DNA of 64,000 nt from Eledone cirrhosa. Lineage: Eukaryota. Where the stretch lies: contig CAXHJY010000429.1 of assembly GCA_964016885.1 (NCBI GenBank), positions 1-64,000 of the forward strand. The letters run 5' to 3'. Made by a program: the position numbers and the translations under genes. The notes under the pieces were generated by a model. That model had not been told where the DNA came from. It saw nothing but the letters and a program-made list of their open reading frames with translations, and did no database searches. Positions within the stretch are counted from its first letter, which is position 1. Every line of letters begins with the position of its first letter. Positions 19,465 to 64,000 of the stretch are shown here, piece after piece.

Positions 19465-19823
19465 CGTGTGATGCCCTCTGTCAACGTGTTACCATTGTCA
19501 CAGCTGTTCGCAATCGTTAGAAGACATTTCCTAAATAACCATAGCACCGACTGTAGAGTGGTTGCTAGGGTGGGAATAGTAAGGGGCGGGGTAGGGGATT
19601 CTGCTTGAGGGCATGTGAGTCGGTTGCTAACGGAAGGTAGATTAAGGTGGTTGCTTAGAAGCGGATAGAGTGAGAATAGTGTCTTAGATGTGTAGGCTGA
19701 GGGTGGTTGCTAGGATGGGGTGGCTGGTTGTTATAGCGGGTGGGCAGGGGGAAATGTGGTGGGTTTTGAGTTTACTTCAAGCTGTGACTTTAAACATTCA
19801 TGTAATAACTAAGTCTTGGCACG

Positions 19824-19855
<32 letters not shown>

Positions 19856-20602
19856 TTATTATCATTATTATTTGCATACAGACAACAAGACCACGAAAAT
19901 ACATATAAGTCCTCTTTGATCTGCAAATTAGGAATGCAAGCTATACCTAGAGTCCAAGGTTCACAGGAACATAAGTACATCCTTTATCAAATGAGGCCTG
20001 CAAGACATGGCATAACTGAGATATAGAGGTCTCTTAGAAACCACTGAGTTGGTAAATTTGCAGATCAAAGAGGCCCGTTTTATTAACAATCATAAAGGTA
20101 GTATTAACATCAGACTGGTGCTACATAGAGCCGACTATCGTGATTAAGGTACAGGTATTACCTTTCCACCAGCGGAGTATCACACAACAGAGTAGAACTC
20201 TTAAGAACAAAACACACCGATTTTTCATAATTTTTCCTTTGAGAAAGTGATTTTAAACTTGAAATATGAAATATAGAGTTAAAATATTGTTTTGTCATTC
20301 GTACTCTACTAGTTCCACTATTATAGTTGCTATTCACATTGTATCGACTTAATATATTCTTAATATATTCTTTATTACATATTGCACAAACATCATCATC
20401 ATCCATTTTTCCATGCTTGCATGGGTCAGACAAGTCGTCCGCGCCGTGAGACAAGTCTGGCCAGGATTGGCCACGATGATTCACACACATATATATATAC
20501 ATACATATATATATATTTTTATATATATATACATACATATATATATTTATATATACATACATATATTTATACACACACACACACACATATATATATATAT
20601 GA

Positions 20603-21532
20603 CTCAAAGTATGCACAGCTTGTTTCCTAGAAGTGGCTAAGTCACACCTTAAGATAATCACATTCGAGAGGAAAAAGTGTCTTATCTATTTATAAAAATG
20701 TATTATGTTCAGAACCAACCAGATTGTGAAATGAAAGTCTTCCTCGTATACTATCGTCTCACGAATAATCGTCCCCTTATCCCCCGCTTATTAATTTTTC
20801 AGATTTTTTCCAACCCACCCCGCGCTTATTAAATTTTGCTAATCTATCCCTGGTGAAATTTTATTTTAAGTGGTAGCATTTCTCCGACAATTTTCTTTAG
20901 ACATTAAAAAACATGACAAAAAAAGAAAAAAAGATTATATTTATTACTAGAAATCCCATAAATTATAAAATAAATAGGATGGGTTGGTGGGGGTCTCAAT
21001 ATATAAACTAAACGACAATTCTGGTTTTTAAAAAACTCAACGGAGACAACCTAGGAAAATTATCGATTTTCACTCCTCCACCGCTTATTCCAAACCCACA
21101 CTTGTTCTACCCCACCGCCTTTTATTTGGAACCCAAAAGTATATTAAATAGTATAATAGTTGTTTCTACTTTTGGTACAAGGCCAGCACTTTGAGGGAAA
21201 AGTCGATAAAATCGAACCCAGTGCATTACAGGTACTTTATTTATCGACCTCGTTAGGATGAAAGGCAAAGGTAACCTCAGCGGGATTTGAACTCAGAATG
21301 TAAAGGGCCGTAACTTTATGCTGCGAAGCAGGGTGTCCGACGGTCTACTGATTGCTGCGAATCGAATTTTGAACTACTTTCATTTCACAATCTGGTTGGT
21401 TTTAAACATTGTACATTTTAACAAATTGATAAGTCACCTTGTCCTCAAACTAATGTCCGTAAACTAGTGTGTACTAGTGTTTATCTTAAGGTGTGACCTA
21501 GCCACTTCAAACAAGCTGTGCAATACTTTGAG
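20603..21532. mobile_element. Nested insertions: outer inverted-repeat element, inner MITE-like insert (20749-21141) and SINE (21160-21360, minus)
   Basis: 20603-20738 is inverted at 21376-21532. Confidence 0.7.
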
Positions 21533-21979
21533 AGAAGAAATTCTCGTTACGTCAATGATAAAATATAATACAACAATGAAACATAGTGTGTGAGTGTGTG
21601 TGCGTGTGTATGTGAGTGTGTGTATGGGTGACTGTGTGTGTGTGTCTGTGTGTAAAGAAATGCGTGAAACCTATTTTAAAATTATAAATTAAAACAAATC
21701 CGGAACACCTGCCTTTGTGACAAACTGTGTGTGTGTGTGTGACTTTATGTACATATGTACACTACATGTATTCATGCATGCATGTATGTATATACCTATG
21801 TCTGTACATGCGTATGTATATAAATATGTATATATACATTCATGAATATATATTTATGGATGTATATACAATATTTAACATTCTGTAATGATTTAGCAAA
21901 ACATACCTAAACCGGATGTTATTTCCAGTGTTTATATTGTGTTTTTCTCGACAATAGTTCTTTGTGACACTTTGCAATA

Positions 21980-23682
21980 TTACATTAAAGACTAATAATA
22001 TATTTGGTCCATGTTACAGTAAAGACTAATATTATATTTGGTCCATGTTACAGTAAAGACTAATATTATATTTGGTACATGTTACAGTAAAGACTAATAT
22101 TATATTTGGTCCATGTTACAGTAAAGACTAATATTATATTTGGTACATGTTACAGTAAAGACTAATATTATATTTGGTCCATATTACAGTAAAGACTAAT
22201 AATATATTTGGTCCATGTTACAGTAAAGACTAATATTATATTTGGTACATGTTACAGTAAAGACTAATATTATATTTGGTACATGTTACAGTAAAGACTA
22301 ATAATATATTTGGTCCATGTTACAGTAAAGACTAATATTATATTTGGTACATGTTACAGTAAAGACTAATATTATATTTGGTCAATGTTACAGTAAAGAC
22401 TAATATTATATTTGGTACATGTTACAGTAAAGACTAATATCATATTTGGTACATGTTACAGTAAAGACTAATATTATATTTGGTCAATGTTACAGTAAAT
22501 ACTATTATTATATTTGGTCAATGTTACAGTAAAGACTAATATTATATTTGGTCCATGTTACAGTAAAGACTAATATTATATTTGGTACATGTTACAGTAA
22601 AGACTAATATTATATTTGGTACATGTTACAGTAAAGACTAATAATATATTTGGTCAATGTTACAGTAAAGACTAATATTATATTTGGTCAATGTTACAGT
22701 AAAGACTAATATTATATTTGGTACATGTTACAGTAAAGACTAATAATATATTTGGTACATGTTACAGTAAAGACTAATAATATATTTGGTACATGTTACA
22801 GTAAAGACTAATATTATATTTGGTACATGTTACAGTAAAGACTAATATTATATTTGGTACATGTTACAGTAAAGACTAATAATATATTTGGTACATGTTA
22901 CAGTAAAGACTAATAATATATTTGGTACATGTTACAGTAAAGACTAATATTATATTTGGTACACGTTACAGTAAAGACTAATATTATATTTGGTCCATGT
23001 TACAGTAAAGACTAATATTATATTTGGTACATGTTACAGTAAAGACTAATATTATATTTGGTCAATGTTACAGTAAAGACTAATAATATATTTGGTACAT
23101 GTTACAGTAAAGACTAATAATATATTTGGTACATGTTACAGTAAAGACTAATATTATATTTGGTCCATGTTACAGTAAAGACTAATATTATATTTGGTAC
23201 ATGTTACAGTAAAGACTAATATTATATTTGGTACATGTTACAGTAAAGACTAATATTATATTTGTTACATGTTACAGTAAAGACTAATAATATATTTGGT
23301 ACATGTTACAGTAAAGACTAATAATATATTTGGTACATGTTACAGTAAAGACTAATATTATATTTGGTACATGTTACAGTAAAGACTAATATTATATTTG
23401 GTACATGTTACAGTAAAGACTAATATTATATTTGTTACATGTTACAGTAAAGACAAATAATATATTTGGTACATGTTACAGTAAAGACTAATAATATATT
23501 TGGTCAATGTTACAGTAAAGACTAATAATATATTTGGTCAATGTTACAGTAAAGACTAATAATATATTTGGTCAATGTTACAGTAAAGACTAATATTATA
23601 TTTGGTACATGTTACAGTAAAGACTAATAATATATTTGGTACATGTTACAGTAAAGACTAATATTATATTTGGTCCATGTTA
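21980..23682. repeat. 34-bp minisatellite, about 50 copies (atgttacagtaaagactaatattatatttggtac)
   Basis: Head-to-tail units, no spacers; one more unit at 23973-24000. Confidence 0.97.
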
Positions 23683-23968
23683 AGCGTCAAATTGCAGAGT
23701 CGTTAGAACGTCAGATAGAATACCTTTATGGTATTTGTTCCGGCTCTCTGAGTTCAAATTCTGTTGAGGTCAACTTTGCCTTTCATCCTTTCGAGGTCGA
23801 TAAAAAAGTACCAGTCTAGTACTGGGATCGATTCTTCCACTCTCTGGGAGAAATCTGCTGTACTCAGGCCTGGAGAGGGATGGGTGCTACCAGACCTAAA
23901 ATGCCCAAGAAACGCTGTATGTCAATACGGCACCCCTACAACTCTATCGGGAGTTACAGGACCATACA
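23683..23968 (+). mobile_element. tRNA-derived SINE with extended tail, inserted in the 34-bp array; same composite at 44807-45117
   Basis: ctgagttcaaatt B-box, ctttcatcc...gtcgataaa...gtaccag body, tail ...acaactctatc.ggagtta..ggaccatac. Confidence 0.8.
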
Positions 23969-24313
23969 TACAGTATTTTGGTACATGTTACAGTAAAGAC
24001 TCTTGTCTCCCTTTTTGAAAATTGGGATTATCACTCCCAATGACATCACTTAGGTGCCTTTCTACAGATCCAGGCCACCCGGCATACATGAGTGCGACAG
24101 AGAATACCTTTTTTTTCTTACCTCTCACCATATTGAAGTTTTTGTGATCTTATCTGTGCCATACACTAATCTGATACTTTCTCAAACAAGTGAAGAGAGG
24201 CACATGGCGGGGTTTAATCCATCTTTCAACTTAGTTCTCTCTAGAAACATAACTACAGATATTTTTTATCCATCATTAATGACAGAGGCGTTTTGTATAT
24301 TTAAACTGTATGG

Positions 24314-24345
<32 letters not shown>

Positions 24346-25105
24346 CTGTGTGTGAATTCTGGGTTCAATCGGGGGGTAACCACAGTAAGTAAGGTACTCA
24401 ATCCTGATGATTTCCTTCGAATGAAACAATTCTAGTCCTTTAAAAGCCATTTCTAAATCAAATTATATATATATATATATATGTGTGTGTCATATGCATA
24501 TATATATATATGCATATGACACATATATATGTATAACACCCACATATATAATATACATAAATATCTACACACTCACACACATATATATAGGGTAAAAGAA
24601 AGACAGAATGCCAGATAAAGAAAGCAACAAAAACAAAATGTGGAAATGAGAAGGTGAGAATCGATTCAATAAATTTGTTAATGACTGACAACATAAGATT
24701 GATGAATTGCCAATATATTTATCATCAAATAGATTATATCTTCCTCAATATCGATTGATGTTTGATATTTATAGATATATAATATCTATGGCAGTAAAAT
24801 TATCAAAGACTTTAAAACAATGAAATCCTGCTAAAATGCTTGGGGATGAATGGTCTAGAAATAGTTTTTTTCTGGGGGTGAAACAGAGTGAGTAATGGTA
24901 GGAGGACATGATGGTTAAATTAACAGAGAAAGAAACAGAATCCTTAGTAAATAACATACACACATATATATATCATCATCATCATCATTTTACGTCCGCT
25001 TTTCCCTGCTTGCATTATATATATATATATAAATTTTTATATATATATATATAAAGATTTTAGTCTTCAAATTTATTATTATTACTATATATATATATAT
25101 ATGTA

Positions 25106-26145
25106 TGTAAAAGGTAAACAGAAATAGCAACACAATCGGTACAGTATATGGAAGGTATATATTAGGTTAACGCTTGATATAGCAGGAAGAGGGTCTTAAC
25201 GTTTGAGAATGAGAAATAAAATAGGTTGAGGGGACGGGTGGGATGGAATTGGAAAAAATGTCTTTAGATAAAAATAACAGGACCATTCATGTTGACATCT
25301 GATGCGTATGTGTGTGTGTGTGTGTGTGTTATTATAGGTCCATAGGAAGCGAAGAAGAAATGTGTGTGTATATGTGAGTAAAAGAGTGCGTGTGTATGTA
25401 AGTACGAAGCTATGAGCAAAAGTATGTTAATATAAGGGTGTCTATCGGCATGTATTAGTAGTAAGAGAAGCTGCTAATGATCAAGAGAAAGCGATAGGAA
25501 TCTAGGGGTATGATAATGGACGGGGTATTAGAGAAATTGGGGAGCTGAGTTGAGTCCAAGAGGGGAATAGGACCCAAGACAGTGAATCAGACTTTGTTCA
25601 GTCCTGGTGCACGAGGCCTGTGATCCATGATGTAAAAGGACACCCAGGACTGAAACATGTACGGAAGAATGACCAGGAGAACAGAAATGATGGGCGACAG
25701 AAATATTCAAACTGAGTTGTATGTCCCTCAAATGTTTGGCAAAATGGTCCGTCATACGGCATCCCGTTTGTCCGATATATAAAGACCCACAAAGGGAACA
25801 CCGGAGGGCATAGACAACGTGGGTGGATGTGCAGGTGAGGAATGGCGGATATGGAAAGATCCGTTAGGGCCTGTGAGAGTGGTGAGGGTGGAAATAAAGG
25901 GACAAGTGTTGCAGTGGGAACGGGAACAAGGATGAGAGCCGGGTGGAGTCGTGGGAGAGGATGAAAAAGAACTGCGAACCAGGAGGTTGTGGAGGTTTCA
26001 GGCGCGCTTAAAAGCAGTAATGGGTGGGTTTGGAAAAAGGCGAGCAGTGACGGGGTCAGAAGAGAGGATATGGAAGGAATGGAGGATATGTTGCTGAAGT
26101 GGTAGGGTGATGGGGTGGTAGGAGAGAGGGAAAGGAACTGGGTGA
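25106..26145 (-). mobile_element. Penelope-like fragment: linker plus GIY-YIG endonuclease (VVYALRCSLCGSLYIGQT...HF...LN) and LTR-like end
   Basis: Minus-strand translation 25528-25830. Confidence 0.85.
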
Positions 26146-26819
26146 AGTACTACATGTTTAGTGTAGTAAACACCAAATATGTAATAGAAATACTTGTGGG
26201 GTGAAGGAAGGATGACATAAAACTCAATGACTAATATTCTTTATTGTAATATATTTTGGCAAGAAAAAAGAAACAACAACAACAACAAATATGTTTCGGT
26301 CTAATTAAATCTCCCCAGTTTAGCAGATTGCAACATGGCTTTATGGCTATTTACTTGTTTATATTGAAAAAAAAAAAAAAAACTCTCTCTCCCTCTCTGT
26401 CTAAATATATACATATATATATTTATATATATATATCTTCACACTCTCTCTCTATCAATCTATCTCCCCCCCCCCCCACCCATTGAAAACATAAATAAAA
26501 GGAAACGAAAGTCACATTATTTCTAAAAGAAAGTGATTAATAGGACAGCTATTAGAATACCCACCAACCGAAACACACCCTCGCTTGTGTGTGTGTATAT
26601 ATGCATACACACACACACACATATATATATATATATGTATGTATGTGTGTGTATATATATATATATATATAATATATATATATAATATATATATATATAT
26701 TTATTAAAATAACAGATTAAAGTTTAAGCAAAGAATCGTTGCTTCCACCCTTAATGGGATCTTCTGAAACTAAAAAAATCAATCTGTGAACGCAGAAGTA
26801 AATTTGTTCTAGGGTTCTT

Positions 26820-27295
26820 ATATATTTGATATATATTTATCCTTATCGAGCCCTCTTTCGAATATGAGTGGAACAGCAACATCACAACTTACGATTAAGG
26901 ACAAAATGAAAACACACACACACACAGAACAAACAACCAACCGGTAACATGTAAATAAACAAATAAATAAACAAATATAAACAGACACAGACACCCGGAT
27001 GTGGCGCATGCGTAGACTGAGCACACAACACACACACAGAAACAAAATGGCATAGGACAGAACAAAGGAGAGACACAAAAACAAAGAAAAGAATCCCCAG
27101 TCACTGAAGAGGTCACAGAATGTGTGACGAAAGAACTTTGACAATATATAAACAACTATCTGGTTGTGGAACCAACCAACCAACCAAAAATTTATAAATT
27201 CCTAAATTCCTAAATTTATTATAATAAATTGAAGTGAAAGCAACTGGTGCGTGTGTTTCTTATTGTCAACATGACCCTCCCAAAGTATAACAATA
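26820..27295 (+). mobile_element. Dispersed non-coding element carrying a hammerhead at 27100-27142
   Basis: gtca-CTGAAGA-g-gtcaca gaatg tgtgac-GAAAG-aa-CTT-tgac; near-identical to 49345-49600. Confidence 0.8.
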
Positions 27296-27309
27296 TATAT
27301 ATATATATG

Positions 27310-27373
<64 letters not shown>

Positions 27374-27784
27374 TACATACATATATATGTATATATAGAT
27401 ACATCTATATCTATATATTTATGTGTGTGTGTGTGCGTATATGTGTGTGTATGTATATATACATATGTATGTTTATGTATATATATTTATTAAAAATTAC
27501 CAGTAGGTTTCTTTAATAACCGGATGGTTATATATTTATTGTCAAATCTCTTTCGTCACACATTTTGTAACTTCCTCAATGACTAATTTGTCATTTCGTG
27601 TCTCTCCTTTATTTTGTCCTACACCATCTCGTTTTTGTATATATAACCATCCAGTTTGAAAATCCGTTGCGTCCACGAGTATGATTCTCTAACTTTATAC
27701 CACTTGTCCTATGAATTGAGTGCTTCACTTACTACAGATATAACCTCCTGCTGTTCTATCACTATATATATATATATATATATT

Positions 27785-28189
27785 ATCATCGTTTAACGTC
27801 CATCTTCCACGCTAGCATGGGTTTGGAGGGGAATTTTCCCACTTGATTGGTTGTCTTGCTCGTATAGGACTGTCTGGTGGGTTTTCTACAGCTGGATGCC
27901 CTTCCTAACACCAACCTCATTTACAGCGAGTGCTGGGTGCTTTTTTTCCGTGGCGCCTACACGTCCACTTTACAATGTGAGCTGGGTGCTTTTTTGCCGT
28001 GGCACTTCCATGACCACTTTGCAGTGGAATGATAGGGACCCAGTCCTATCATCTCATTTTGACAGTTGAGTAAACTGGAGCAATGTGAAATAAAGTGTCT
28101 TGCTCAAGGAAACAACACATCACCCAGTCCGAGAATTGAACTCACAACCTTTCGATTGCAAGCCCAATTCTCTAACCATGAAGCACCTT

Positions 28190-28190
<1 letters not shown>
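27785..28190 (-). mobile_element. tRNA-derived SINE with RTE-type 3' tail
   Basis: ttgagcaagacact body, gttcaatt B-box, tail cccatgctagcgtggaa...gatgat. Confidence 0.8.
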
Positions 28191-28246
<56 letters not shown>

Positions 28247-28425
28247 GTGTGTGTGTGTGTGTGTGTGTGTGCAAGAGAGAGAGAGAGAGAGGGAGAGAGA
28301 CTACATATCTGTGTAGTTAAAGTTTCAGAATAAATCTCTTTTGTCAAGTAAAAACAATAGTGAACTACATTTAATGTTGGTTACTATGGTTACTCTATCT
28401 AAATCTAGCATCTAAATATATGGTG

Positions 28426-28968
28426 GGTGGTGGTGGTAAAAGTGGTGGTAATGGTGGTGGTAGAAGTGGTGGTTTTATTGTTGGTTTTGGGGGTTGTTGT
28501 TGGTGTTATTGTTGTTGTTGATGGTGGTTGTTGTTGGTTGGTTGGTTGGTTGGTGTTGGCGTTATTGTTGTTGGTGGTTGGTGTTGGTGGTTGTTGGTGT
28601 TATTGTTGTTGTTGGTGGTTGGTGTTGGCGGTTGTTGGTGTTATTGTTGTTGGTGGTGGTTGTGGTTGGAGGTTGTTGTTGATGGTGGTTGGTGTTGTTG
28701 TTGGTTGGTTGGTGTTGGCGTTATTGTTGTTGGTGGTTGGTGTTGGTGGTTGTTGGTGTTATTGTTGTTGTTGGTGGTGGTTGGTGTTGGCGGTTGTTGG
28801 TGTTATTGTTGTTGGTGGTGGTTGTGGTTGGAGGTTGTTGTTGTTGTTGATGGTGGTTGGTGTTGGTGGTGGAGGTTGTTATTGTTGGTAGTGGAGGTTG
28901 TACTGCTGTGGTTGTTGTTGTTGTAGGTGTTGTTGTTGGTGGTGGTATAGGTTGTGGTTGGTGTTGGG
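28426..28968. repeat. (GGT/GTT)n compound trinucleotide repeat with internal duplication
   Basis: Direct reading. Confidence 0.9.
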
Positions 28969-29569
28969 TCATCACAAAGACACCAGACAAGAACTTGTTC
29001 TTGTCTGATAAACAGACAAAACTCCAGAGTAACAAGACTCATTTTTTAGCCTTAATACATACTTATTACTACAGATTAAAGTTTAAGCAAAGAATCGCTG
29101 CTTTCACCCTTTAACAAGTTACAGAAGATCCCAAAATATGGTGCAAGCAGCGATTCTTTGCTTAAACTTTAATCTGTAGTAATAATAAATATTTGCTCTA
29201 CATTGGGGTCCTGAATTTTTTCCTTTTACCCACTCTACTATCCCAATTAACGAGTACTCTGGTGAGTAATGGTCTAACTGGTTTTTACCGATTCCAATCT
29301 GATATATATATATCATCATCATCATCATCGTTTAACATCTATTTTCCATGCTAGCATGGGTTAGACAGGAGTTGTCCCAATTTGAGGCAAGGTTGGTCGG
29401 GTGACCGTGTCTCGCTTGTATAGGATATATATAAATCCATCAGCCAATGACCTCTACCCATCCCAATCACCACCATTACACATTGACAGTCGGCTTTCCT
29501 GATGATTTCCTTCAAATGAAACAGTTCTAGTCCGATAGAAGCCATTTCTATATTAAATATATCTATATC

Positions 29570-29600
<31 letters not shown>

Positions 29601-29768
29601 CGGAATATCAGAAAATAAAAAATAAATGCAGGAGCAAATGTTACAAATATTATTAGTTTCTTGCTTGGTGAGAGTGGGCGTCATATATATATATAAACAC
29701 TGTTCATATATTTGTTAATGTTTCTCAATTGTTTGTGTATTGCAGTTGACTTCACCAAAGTTTGAAAT

Positions 29769-64000
<34,232 letters not shown>

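Noticed and set aside
21980-23682. CRISPR-like 34-bp repeats
   Set aside because: Head-to-tail units with no unique spacers, eukaryotic context, no cas genes
28427-29114. Val/Gly/Trp-rich or Thr/Gln-rich ORFs
   Set aside because: Trinucleotide repeat translations; likewise 10137-10424 and 30544-31046

Overview
Eukaryotic genomic DNA, very AT- and microsatellite-rich. The SINE/LINE repertoire and (TA)n load suggest an octopod cephalopod (inferred, not tested). Almost all long ORFs in the supplied track are microsatellite artefacts. Reading splice sites by hand gives one frame-consistent + strand gene of 17 coding exons from 29769 to beyond 64000: signal peptide, three cadherin (EC) domains, a Ser/Thr-rich mucin-like stalk built from tandemly duplicated phase-0 exons (three copies of an identical 31-aa unit), one TM helix, and a low-complexity cytoplasmic tail of at least ~925 aa that runs off the window. 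It resembles a CDHR5/mu-protocadherin-type cadherin-mucin receptor. The rest is mobile DNA: a 3-kb 5'-truncated RTE LINE, RTE-X-like fragments with 5' inversions, four Penelope-like (PLE) ORF fragments, tRNA-derived SINEs with swapped tails, Helitron-like and mariner-like MITEs, and several minisatellites. It also holds a dense set of short fold-back elements in (TA)n tracts that carry minimal type I hammerhead ribozyme cores (about ten recognisable, more degenerate).
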